Of a stretch of 59,446 bases of DNA, positions 1 through 12,010 are shown in pieces. Numbering within the stretch: the first letter of the stretch is position 1; every line of letters starts with the position of its first letter. This DNA is from Nemertoderma westbladi (lineage: Eukaryota > Animalia > Xenacoelomorpha), in assembly GCA_032718475.1 (NCBI GenBank), contig JAUCBJ010003217.1:1-59446 (forward strand). Reading direction: 5' to 3'. The position numbers and the translations under genes are program-made. The notes beneath the pieces are model-generated. The model was not told where the DNA came from and ran no database searches. It saw only the letters and a list, made by a program, of their open reading frames with translations.

Positions 1-767
1 TTCAACCAAAAATTGTAGCTTAGTTCAACCAACGTATAAAAAACTAGTTCAACCAAAAATTGTAGCTTAGTTCAACCAACGTATGAAAACTAGTTCAACC
101 AAAAATTGTAGCTTAGTTCAACCAACGTATAAAAAACTAGTTCAACCAAAAATTGTAGCTTAGTTCAACCAACGTATAAAAAACTAGTTCAACCAAAACA
201 TTGCAGCTTAGTTCAACCAACGTATGAAAACTAGTTCAACCAAAAATTGTAGCTTAGTTCAACCAACGTATAAAAAACTAGTTCAACCAAAACATTGTAG
301 CTTAGTTCAACCAACGTATGAAAACTAGTTCAACCAAAAATTGTAGCTTAGTTCAACCAACGTATGAAAACTAGTTCAACCAAAAATTGTAGCTTAGTTC
401 AACCAACGTATAAAAAACTAGTTCAACCAAAACATTGTAGCTTAGTTCAACCAACGTATGAAAACTAGTTCAACCAAAAATTGTAGCTTAGTTCAACCAA
501 CGTATAAAAAACTAGTTCAACCAAAAATTGTAGCTTAGTTCAACCAACGTATAAAAAACTAGTTCAACCAAAAATTGTAGCTTAGTTCAACCAACGTATG
601 AAAACTAGTTCAACCAAAAATTGTAGCTTAGTTCAACCAACGTACAAAAAACTAGTTCAACCAAAACATTGCAGCTTAGTTCAACCAACGTATGAAAACT
701 AGTTCAACCAAAAATTGTAGCTTAGTTCAACCAACGTATAAAAAACTAGTTCAACCAAAAATTGTAG
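1..767. repeat. 46-47 bp tandem repeat, about 16 copies, truncated by the window start
   Basis: Unit TTCAACCAAAAATTGTAGCTTAGTTCAACCAACGTAT(A/G)AAAA(A)CTAG. It is internally dimeric (TAGTTCAACCAA twice) and contains the palindrome AACTAGTT. Confidence 0.97.
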
Positions 768-1141
768 GTATTAGCCCTATATACAAAGGGTTGAAATAGC
801 GCATAGGCCTTTTCCATTATTTTTAACATATAAATTTTATTTTTTATATGTTTACTATTTTTTGGATTTAGTCTTCCAAGAAGAGATAATATCAAGTTAG
901 TTAAGCGACGATCTATAAGTTCAGTTTACAGACGAAGTTCCATTTAGTAAGTTTACAGTTCAAGTACTCTACAAACAGAAAAATAAATTTTCACATAGTT
1001 TAATGATGCAAGTTAAAAAGCAAAAAAGCAGGATTTAATGATAGGATTTACTTATCTATTTGAATTCCTTTTCTATTTGAGCTCATGTTTAAAACCTCAA
1101 GATCTAACACACAAGGTAGCTCAACTGCGATAAGCATTCCA

Positions 1142-1954
1142 TCAATCCAAGTTTTCCCCTAGGTCGCTCAAACAGTCGTATTTCGAATGTATGTCCAATC
1201 CATCAACCATCGAAATGACCTGGGAATTATCAACTCGGCCCCTGACAAAGTCAGGGGAGGAACTCTGGTGGTAAACAGCCTCTGGGTGGACCTCAGTGCG
1301 GTCACTCTGGCTCCTACCGGGAGAGAGAATCTCGTCCGAACGTTTAGCGGAATCGGTATAGTCGCGTTTGCACGTGCCGGACGACCGAATCTCGTCCGAA
1401 CGTTTAGCGGAATCTGTATAGTCGCGTTTGTACGTGCCGGACGACCGAATCTCGTCCAGACGTTTAGCGGAATCGGTATAGTCGCGTTTGTACGTGCCGG
1501 ACGACCGAATCTCGTCCGAACGTTTAGCGGAATCGGTATAGTCGCGTTTGTACGTGCCGGACGACCGAATCTCGTCCAGACGTTTAGCGGAATCGGTATA
1601 GTCGCGTTTGTACGTGCCGGACGACCGAATCTCGTCCGAACGTTTAGCGGAATCGGTATAGTCGCGTTTGTACGTGCCGGACGACCGAATCTCGCCCGGA
1701 CGTTTAGCGGAATCGGTATAGTCGCGTTTGTACGTGCCGGATGACCGAATCTCGCCCGGACGTTTAGCGGAATCGGTATAGTCGCGTTTGTTCCTACCAG
1801 AAGAAGGCTGATCAGTGTCATACCTTCGGATGACATCGTTTAGCGCATCATGAGAAGATATTCTATTGAATATATTATACATTCTACAAGATATTCTACA
1901 TTCTATTGACACAAACAAACAAACACACGTGAGAAATAAGGACATCCACTTCAT
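1142..1954 (-). CDS. Secreted repeat protein, candidate multi-copy neuropeptide/peptide-hormone precursor (270 aa from ATG 1954)
   Basis: Signal-peptide-like N-terminus MKWMSLFLTCVCLFVSIEC. It is followed by 16 KR dibasic sites delimiting 8x DYTDSA and 7x (P/S/L)(G/D)EIRSSGT(Y/C), then a unique acidic C-terminus. An in-frame stop lies upstream of the ATG. Confidence 0.65.
   Translation of the reverse strand: MKWMSLFLTCVCLFVSIECRISCRMYNIFNRISSHDALNDVIRRYDTDQPSSGRNKRDYTDSAKRPGEIRSSGTYKRDYTDSAKRPGEIRSSGTYKRDYTDSAKRSDEIRSSGTYKRDYTDSAKRLDEIRSSGTYKRDYTDSAKRSDEIRSSGTYKRDYTDSAKRLDEIRSSGTYKRDYTDSAKRSDEIRSSGTCKRDYTDSAKRSDEILSPGRSQSDRTEVHPEAVYHQSSSPDFVRGRVDNSQVISMVDGLDIHSKYDCLSDLGENLD
1328..1790. repeat. 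60-bp coding tandem repeat, about 7.7 copies
   Basis: Lines 1381-1740 of the sequence are near-identical at a 60-bp period. Confidence 0.97.
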
Positions 1955-2675
1955 GGATATGTCCAAAAGTATTCGATTGATCGGTGATGTCCTGAGGTTT
2001 ATCTCCAGATAAGAGATAGACCCCAGGAGCCATCAATCGAATACAATACATATCTGCTCAAAGTACTGTAGGGGGACATCTTACCATTCAGCTTAAAGTC
2101 AAAGTTTCGGAGTACCGTCGGTATAGTCGGAATAGTCCGGGAACAAGACGGGAACTGGAACAGAGATAGTTTAACATTCCTCCTCCTTACTGGGTTAGTC
2201 GGAACTTTTATTTATGCTATTTAACTTTTTAATATTTTATACTACGAGACTTGCTCCACATTGGTCGGTGGGTGCTGTTGGAGTGTTTCTGAAGCAGCTC
2301 CGCATAGGAGGTCAATAACTTATTGAATTGATAAAATATTGTACAGATCGTTTGAGTTTGTAATTTAATTATGCGTTGTATCTTTGTATCAGTTCCACAC
2401 GCAAACTATAATATATTCTGTACAATAAATAAAATTCAGAAATTATTGTTGCTATACAAATAAAACAAACCAAATATGCCTTACAATTAATCATAAATAA
2501 TTCAAATAACTAGGTTAACAACTACGGTACTGCAGTCCCGAAATATACATTAATAAATGTTAATATTGCACTCTAAAAAAACTAATAGTAAATTCATTAT
2601 CAAGACTAATGTATATAGATAGACACGCTGAAATTAGCTAATAGTGTAATAGAGTTGTTAGTATTTGCTTGTTCA

Positions 2676-4166
2676 CTAACAGGATTTAAATTCCATACCG
2701 ACACGATAAGTTTTAGCTCGGCAACTGACTCTGAATAATAACCCATTGGAATTGTTGGTATCATCAACCAAATTCTTTCTATTGCAAACATTTAAGACAA
2801 TTTTATTAATTAAGTAGAAACTCAATATTCGCACGATTTGTTTACCTAACTGATCGCCGGGGCAACAACGATTCCCCACCCCCAACGGGATGTGATTGGC
2901 TGGAATGCTGATGGCCCCCTGGCTGTCAAGGAAACGCTCGGGGTAGAACTCGGAAGGGCGAGGCCAAGTCGCCGTGTCTTTGTGAAGCCGGTCGAGTCGC
3001 ACGTGAACGGGAGTACCTTTATATACTCGGTAGCCAAACACGGAAACGGTGTCGCTACAGGTCCTACGTATACCGGGGTGTTCGCAACTGGCCAGTCGCA
3101 ATGCCTCCAATCTGCACGCCTCCAAGTAATTCAATGATTTTATGTCCTTATTGGATGGTTGTTCGTCCACATGTTTGAGCAGTTCATCCGTCGCCTTCTC
3201 ACAGCGTCGAAGTATTACCGGGTGTGAGATTAGTTCCAAAATTAAACGATAGATTACGTTGCTAGTGCTATCCACTCCGCATTCCAGAAGATCCATAATT
3301 GATGAAATAATCTTTGTGTTGCTGTAACTTTCGCTGTAACCTTTAGTTGAAATTTCCTTATTTTGTTCATTGAATAAACTTTCTACGTAATTGAATCTGG
3401 TATTACTTTGTTTCATAGTTAACTTGGATTGGTGTACTAGACTAGCTACTTCGCTGTAGAAATCCGAATGACTCTGCGAAATAGCATTACTTTTTGTCCC
3501 CGGGATATATTTTGCAAGTTGGTAACTTAGCGACCAATGTAAACACTCGGATTCTTCTCGCATTGCGTTCACGCCGCGGATTAGCCGCGTGAGATGCTCG
3601 TTTTTGTAATCGAAATATCGACCGAATATCCAGTAACACATGATGTTACACACGGCGAGTTTCAGTGCTCGATTCAGGTCGCAACACTCCGCTTGTTGCG
3701 TCGACGTTATGAACTCACATAGCCGCACCGCTTCTTTACGCATCATGTTTTCCGAGTTTTTGTTCCTGGTAGTGAAGCCTTTTAAAGCCCTTTCTGCTAT
3801 CGACCTTTGCCGCAACCAATTATCACCTCTAGCCCAAGTAATTCCGTCGCTTAGAGACGACCAATCAAGAAGGTCTATCCAATACGGGCGTTTTGATTGG
3901 AAGGCGTGCGATTGCTCCAATAGGGATGCTTCAACCGCTGAGTATGTATTAAGTTCCACACAGTTTATCCCACCCACAGTTCGACTCGCTATATTCCTGC
4001 CTGTTGATCCATCGACACTCAGATTTAACCCAACGTGGCATATAACCTCTCTAGAAGGCGACCAATCAATGTTAACCTGAGGGGGTTGGTTATTATCTTT
4101 CGGTTTCAGTATATATAACAATAGAGTTAAAATAATGCTAATCAAAACCAATGTCAAAAACTCCAT
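2676..4166 (-). CDS. Cytochrome P450, microsomal type, intronless, probably clan 2-like (496 aa from ATG 4166)
   Basis: N-terminal TM anchor (MEFLTLVLISIILTLLLYIL), WxxxR (WLRQR), I-helix CGVDST, ExxR (EALR), PERF (FYPERF) and heme motif PLGVGNRCCPG. Confidence 0.93.
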   Translation of the reverse strand: MEFLTLVLISIILTLLLYILKPKDNNQPPQVNIDWSPSREVICHVGLNLSVDGSTGRNIASRTVGGINCVELNTYSAVEASLLEQSHAFQSKRPYWIDLLDWSSLSDGITWARGDNWLRQRSIAERALKGFTTRNKNSENMMRKEAVRLCEFITSTQQAECCDLNRALKLAVCNIMCYWIFGRYFDYKNEHLTRLIRGVNAMREESECLHWSLSYQLAKYIPGTKSNAISQSHSDFYSEVASLVHQSKLTMKQSNTRFNYVESLFNEQNKEISTKGYSESYSNTKIISSIMDLLECGVDSTSNVIYRLILELISHPVILRRCEKATDELLKHVDEQPSNKDIKSLNYLEACRLEALRLASCEHPGIRRTCSDTVSVFGYRVYKGTPVHVRLDRLHKDTATWPRPSEFYPERFLDSQGAISIPANHIPLGVGNRCCPGDQLGKQIVRILSFYLINKIVLNVCNRKNLVDDTNNSNGLLFRVSCRAKTYRVGMEFKSC

Positions 4167-5430
4167 TGCAAAAAGTACTATGTAAACAAAAATATATAAA
4201 AATAAATAAATTATTAGCAAAATTAATTTACTACAAGTACCTAAGCGATTATAAGAAAGATGATATATTCTAAAATGTCATCGATATTATAAAATTCAAG
4301 GCGTGGGATTATCTTTATGTGGTTGTTGTCGGAAGGAAACCTTAGGGTGTCTCCTATATTGTATCCTATCACTGTACTAGGCAGGATTATCACGCTGGCT
4401 CTGATAGAAATGACTTGTTTACTAATTACCCGGCAACCCACTATAAGACGTAATCAAAATTACTACTGTCAACTTTGTGCGTATTACTCATGTAAATTCG
4501 TGAACATTTCCCGGTGTCAAAAATAATGACATTGCTTCCTGCTGAGGATCCCAAGGCTTTTATATATGCGCAGTACGACGCCGCAAATGGTTAACAGTAT
4601 TCCTGGCTGCTTGTGATGGTTGGATTGCCCATATTATGTATTACATTAAGAAATAATGGGAAAGAGTTGCGAATGCCATCAAAAAGTTTGTGTTTCGATA
4701 ACGATAGTAGGAAAGGGAAGTAAGATAGTGAGAGGGAGAAATGAAATGGACTTATCGATCCATCTCTTTATATTTACAAAGAATCCAAAAACCAATTTCG
4801 CAAATCCACATGGCGCCCAAGAGCCAGTGCCATTGGCTATAATAGTTAAAGGATTGTAATTAACCCCCTTAGATATTTATTTGTTTATGTTGTACAACAC
4901 AATAATAAATTACCTACAGAAGAATCCACCCAATTATATTGCTTACCACAGACAATTCCACCCAGATGTAATTTTAATTAGGAAAAAAAATCTAAATTAC
5001 TGTTTAAAATATCAAACTGAGAATGATAGCGTTATAAAATAGCTAATAGTGTATGAGGGATTATTTTTATATTTGTTACTTTTATCACGGATATCCAATG
5101 CCTATTAACCTCCAAGCTGCACTGAGTATGGAAGTGTTACCTACGTGCCCATGGCAACGAATATTCCTTTCAAGTTAATATCCAAACCTCTATTGTAACC
5201 GTTTAATATATTGTTTGAAGTCGCGAGCCTAACTTAATTATATATGCCATTGCAGGTGGACAGTTTATAAATAATTAACTGCATATTACTTAATAAGGTT
5301 TCCAAATTATCGCAATAAACTTCCTGCCATCTAATCTATATTTCATAGATTGAGTAGTGTAGTTCAATATGGTTATAATGATATTATGAATTATTTTACA
5401 TTAAAAAAAGTTCAGCTTGACAACCGCTAC

Positions 5431-8400
5431 TGTATCTAAGCAGAACAACTCGCCCGGACGATATGTTGTATGTAAACAACTCGCCCGGACGATATGTTGT
5501 ATGTAAACAACTCGCCCGGACAATTTGTTGTATGTAAACAACTCGCTCAGATGATATGTTGTATGTAAGCAACTCGCCCGGACGATATGTTGTATGTAAG
5601 CAACTCGCCCGGACGATATGTTGTATGTAAACAATTCGCCCGGACGATATGTTGTATGTAAACAACTCGCCCGGACGATATGTTGTATGTAAACAACTCG
5701 CCCGAACGATATGTTTTATGTAAACAACTTGCCCGGACGATGTGTTGTATGTAAACAACTTGCCCGGACGATATGTTGTATGTAAGCAACTCGCCGGACG
5801 ATATGTTGTATGTAAGCAACTTACCCGGACGATATGTTGTATGTAAGCAACTCGCCCGGACGATATGTTGTATGTAAACAACTCGCCCGGACGGATATGT
5901 TGTATGTAAACAACTCGCCCGGACGATATGTTGTATCTAAGCAGAACAACTCGCTCGGACGATATGTTGTATGTAAGCAACTCGCCGGACGATATGTTGT
6001 ATGTAAGCAAATTACCCGGACGATATGTTGTATGTAAGCAACTCGCCCGGACGATATGTTGTATGTAAACAACTCGCCCGGACGGATATGTTGTATGTAA
6101 ACAACTCGCCCGGACGATATGTTGTATCTAAGCAGAACAACTCGCCCGGACGATATGTTGTATGTAAACAACTCGCCCGGACGATATGTTGTATCTAAGC
6201 AGAACAACTCGCCCGGACGATATGTTGTATGTAAACAACTCGTCCGGACGATATTTTGTATGTAAACAACTCGTCCGGACGGATATTTTGTATGTAAACA
6301 ACTCGCCCGGACGATTTGTTGTATGTAAACAACTCGCTCAGACGATATGTTGTATCTAAGCAGAACAACTCGCCCGGACGATATGTTGTATGTAAACAAC
6401 TCGTCCGGACGATATTTTGTATGTAAACAACTCGTCCGGACGATATTTTGTATGTAAACAACTCGCCCGGACGATTTGTTGTATGAAAACAACTCGTTCA
6501 GACGATATGTTGTATGTAAACAACTCGCCCGGACGATATGTTGTATGTAAACAACTCGCTCAGACGATATGTTGTATGTAAACAACTCGCCCGGACGATA
6601 TGTTGTATGTAAACAATTCGCCCGGACGATATGTTGTATGTAAACAACTCGCCCGGACGATATGTTGTATGTAAACAACTCGCCCGGACGATATGTTGTA
6701 TGTAAACAACTCGCCCGGACGATATGTTGTATGTAAGCAACTCGCCGGACGATATGTTGTATGTAAGCAACTTACCCGGACGATATGTTGTATGTAAGCA
6801 ACTCGCCCGGACGATATGTTGTATGTAAACAACTCGCCCGGACGGATATGTTGTATGTAAACAACTCGCCCGGACGATATGTTGTATCTAAGCAGAACAA
6901 CTCGCCCGGACGATATGTTGTATGTAAACAACTCGTCCGGACGATATTTTGTATGTAAACAACTCGCTCAGACGATATGTTGTATGTAAACAACTCGTCC
7001 GGACGATATTTTGTATGTAAACAACTCGCTCAGACGATATGTTGTATGTAAACAACTCGCCCGGACGATTTGTTGTATGTAAACAACTCGCTCAGACGAT
7101 ATGTTGTATGTAAACAACTCGTTCAGACGATATGTTGTACGTAAACAACTCGCCCGGACGATTTGTTGTATGTAAACAACTCGTTCAGACGATATGTTGT
7201 ACGTAAACAACTCGCCCGGACGATTTGTTGTATGTAAACAACTCGCTCAGACGATATGTTGTATCTAAGCAGAACAACTCGCCCGGACGATATGTTGTAT
7301 GTAAACAACTCGCCCGGACGATATGTTGTATGTAAACAACTCGCCCGGACGATATGTTGTATGTAAACAACTCGCCCGGACAATTTGTTGTATGTAAACA
7401 ACTCGCTCAGACGATATGTTGTATGTAAGCAACTCGCCCGGACGATATGTTGTATGTAAGCAACTCGCCCGGACGATATGTTGTATGTAAACAATTCGCC
7501 CGGACGATATGTTGTATGTAAACAACTCGCCCGGACGATATGTTGTATGTAAACAACTCGCCCGGACGATATGTTGTATGTAAGCAACTCGCCGGACGAT
7601 ATGTTGTATGTAAGCAACTTACCCGGACGATATGTTGTATGTAAGCAACTCGCCCGGACGATATGTTGTATGTAAACAACTCGCCCGGACGGATATGTTG
7701 TATGTAAACAACTCGCCCGGACGATATGTTGTATCTAAGCAGAACAACTCGCCCGGACGATATGTTGTATGTAAACAACTCGCCCGGACGATATGTTGTA
7801 TGTAAACAACTCGCCCGGACGATTTGTTGTATGTAAACAACTCGCTCAGACGATATGTTGTATCTAAGCAGAACAACTCACCCGGACGATATGTTGTATG
7901 TAAACAACTCGTCCGGACGATATTTTGTATGTAAACAACTCGCCCGGACGATTTGTTGTATGCAAACAACTCGCTCAGACGATATGTTGTATGTAAACAA
8001 CTCGCCCGGACGATATGTTGTATGTAAACAACTCGCTCAGACGATATGTTGTATGTAAACAACTCGCCCGGACGATATGTTGTATGTAAACAACTCGCTC
8101 AGACGATATGTTGTATGTAAACAACTCGCCCGGACGATATGTTGTATGTAAGCAACTTGCCCGGACGATATGTTGTATGTAAGCAACTCGCCCGGACGAT
8201 ATGTTGTATGTAAACAACTCGCCCGGACGATATGTTGTATGTAAACAACTCGCCCGGACGATATGTTGTATGTAAACAACTCGCCCGGACGATATGTTGT
8301 ATCTAAGCAGAACAACTCGCCCGGACGATATGTTGTATGTAAACAACTCGCCCGGACGATATGTTGTATGTAAACAACTCGCCCGGACGATTTGTTGTAT

Positions 8401-11400
8401 GTAAACAACTCGCTCAGACGATATGTTGTATGTAAACAACTCGTCCGGACAATTTGTTGTATGTAAACAACTCGCTCATACGATATGTTGTATGTAAGCA
8501 ACTCGCCCGGACGATATGTTGTATGTAAACAACTCGCCCGGACGATATGGTGTATGTAAACAACTCGCTCAGACGATATGTTGTATGTAAACAACTCGCC
8601 GGACGATATGTTGTATGTAAGCAACTTGCCCGGACGATATGTTGTATGTAAGCAACTCGCCCGGACGATATGTTGTATGTAAACAACTCGCCCGGACGGA
8701 TATGTTGTATGTAAACAACTCGCCCGGACGATATGTTGTATGTAAACAACTCGCCCGGATGATATGTTGTATGTAAGCAACTCGCCCGGACGGATATGTT
8801 GCATGTAAACAACTCGCCCGGACGATATGTTGTATGTAAACAACTCGCCCGGACGATATGTTTTATGTAAACAACTTGCCCGGACGATATGTTGTATGTA
8901 AACAACTTGCCCGGACGATTATGTTGTATGTAAACAACTCGCCCTGACGATATGTTGTATGTAAACAACTCGCCCGGACGTTATGTTGTATGTAAACAAC
9001 TCGCCCGGATGATATGTTGTATGTAAACAACTCGCCCGGACGATAAGCTGTATGTAAACAACTCGCCCGGACGGATATGTTGTATGTAAACAACTCGCCC
9101 GGACGATATGTTGTATGTAAACAACTCGCCCGGACGATATGTTTTATGTAAACAACTCGCCCTGACGATATGTTGTATGTAAACAACTCGCCCTGACGAT
9201 ATGTTGTATGTAAACAACTCGCCCGGACGATATGTTGTATGTAAACAACTCGCCCGGACGATATGTTTTATGTAAACAACTTGCCCGGACGATATGTTGT
9301 ATGTAAACAACTAGCCCGGACGATTATGTTGTATGTAAACAACTCGCCCTGACGATATGTTGTATGTAAACAACTCGCCCGGACGATATGTTGTATGTAA
9401 GCAACTCGCCCGGACGATATGTTTTATGTAAACAACTTGCCCGGACGATATGTTGTATGTAAACAACTAGCCCGGACGATTATGTTGTATGTAAACAACT
9501 CGCCCGGACGATATGTTGTATGTAAACAACTCGCCCGGACGATATGTTTTATGTAAACAACTTGCCCGGACGATATGTTGTATGTAAACAACTAGCCCGG
9601 ACGATTATGTTGTATGTAAACAACTCGCCCGGACGATATGTTGTATGTAAACAACTAGCCCGGACGATTATGTTGTATGTAAGCAACTCGCCCGGACGAT
9701 ATGTTTTATGTAAACAACTTGCCCGGACGATATGTTGTATGTAAACAACTAGCCCGGACGATTATGTTGTATGTAAGCAACTCGCCCGGACGATATGTTT
9801 TATGTAAACAACTTGCCCGGACGATATGTTGTATGTAAACAACTAGCCCGGACGATTATGTTGTATGTAAACAACTCGCCCGGACGATATGTTGTATGTA
9901 AACAACTCGCCCGGACGATATGTTTTATGTAAACAACTTGCCCGGACGATATGTTGTATGTAAACAACTAGCCCGGACGATTATGTTGTATGTAAACAAC
10001 TCGCCCGGACGATATGTTGTATGTAAACAACTCGCCCGGACGATATGTTTTATGTAAACAACTTGCCCGGACGATATGTTGTATGTAAACAACTAGCCCG
10101 GACGATTATGTTGTATGTAAACAACTCGCCCTGACGATATGTTGTATGTAAACAACTCGCCCGGACAATTTGTTGTATGAAAACAACTCGTTCAGACGAT
10201 ATGTTGTATGTAAACAACTCGCCCGGACGGATATGTTGTATGTAAACAACTTGCCCTGACGATATGTTGTATGTAAACAACTCGCCCGGACGTTATGTTG
10301 TATGTAAACAACTCGCCCGGATGATATGTTGTATGTAAACAACTCGCCCGGACGATAAGCTGTATGTAAACAACTCGCTCGGACGGATATGTTGTATGTA
10401 AACAACTCGCCCGGACGATATGTTGTATGTAAACAACTTGCCCGGACGATATGTTGTATGTAAACAACTAGCCCGGACGATTATGTTGTATGTAAACAAC
10501 TCGCCCTGACGATATGTTGTATGTAAACAACTTGCCCGGACGTTATGTTGTATGTAAACAACTCGCCCGGATGATATGTTGTATGTAAACAACTCGCCCG
10601 GACGATAAGCTGTATGTAAACAACTCGCTCGGACGGATATGTTGTATGTAAACAACTCGCCCGGACGATATGTTGTATGTAAACAACTCGCCCGAACGAT
10701 ATGTTGTATGTAAACAACTCGCCCGAACGATATGTTGTATGTAAACAACTTGCCCGGACGTTATGTTGTATGTAAACAACTCGCCCGGATGATATGTTGT
10801 ATGTAAACAACTCGCCCGGACGATAAGCTGTATGTAAACAACTCGCTCGGACGGATATGTTGTATGTAAACAACTCGCCCGGACGATATGTTGTATGTAA
10901 ACAACTTGCCCGGACGATATGTTGTATGTAAACAACTTGCCCGTACGATTATGTTGTATGTAAACAACTAGCCCGGACGATATGTTGTATGTAAACAACT
11001 CGCCCGGACGATATGTTGTATGTAAACAACTTGCCCGGACGATATGTTGTATGTAAACAACTTGCCCGGACGATATGTTGTATGTAAACAACTTGCCCGT
11101 ACGATTATGTTGTATGTAAACAACTAGCCCGGACGATATGTTGTATGTAAACAACTAGCCCGGACGATAAGCTGTATGTAAACAACTCGCCCGGACGATA
11201 TGTTGTATGTAAACAACTTGCCCGGACGATATGTTGTATGTAAACAACTTGCCCGGACGATTATGTTGTATGTAAACAACTAGCCCGGACGATTATGTTG
11301 TATGTAAACAACTAGCCCGGACGATATGTTGTATGTAAACAACTTGCCCGGACGATAAGCTGTATGTAAACAACTCGCCCGGACGATATGTTGTATGTAA

Positions 11401-12010
11401 ACAACTTGCCCGGACGATATGTTGTATGTAAACAACTTGCCCGGACGATATGTTGTATGTAAACAACTCGCCCGGACGATTTGTTGTATGTAAACAACTC
11501 GCCCGGACGATATGTTTTATGTAAACAACTTGCCCGGACGATATGTTGTATGTAAACAACTTGCCCGGACGATTATGTTGTATGTAAACAACTAGCCCGG
11601 ACGATTATGTTGTATGTAAACAACTAGCCCGGACGATATGTTGTATGTAAACAACTTGCCCGGACGATATGTTGTATGTAAACAACTTGCCCGTACGATT
11701 ATGTTGTATGTAAACAACTAGCCCGGACGATATGTTGTATGTAAACAACTAGCCCGGACGATAAGCTGTATGTAAACAACTCGCCCGGACGATATGTTGT
11801 ATGTAAACAACTCGCCCGGACGATATGTTTTATGTAAACAACTTGCCCGGACGATATGTTGTATGTAAACAACTTGCCCGGACGATTATGTTGTATGTAA
11901 ACAACTCGCCCTGACGATATGTTGTATGTAAACAACTCGCCCGGACGATATGTTGTATGTAAACAACTCGCCCGGACGTTATGTTGTATGTAAACAACTC
12001 ATCCGGACGA
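5431..12010. repeat. 31-bp satellite, about 210 copies
   Basis: Unit AACTCGCCCGGACGATATGTTGTATGTAAAC with regionally clustered variants. The many ORFs called here are translations of the repeat. Confidence 0.98.

Noticed and set aside
1168-1836. Alternative-frame ORFs over the 60-bp repeat (1168-1836 minus, 1187-1744 plus)
   Set aside because: They are open only because the unit lacks stops in those frames. The 1142-1954 frame has the signal peptide and dibasic pattern.
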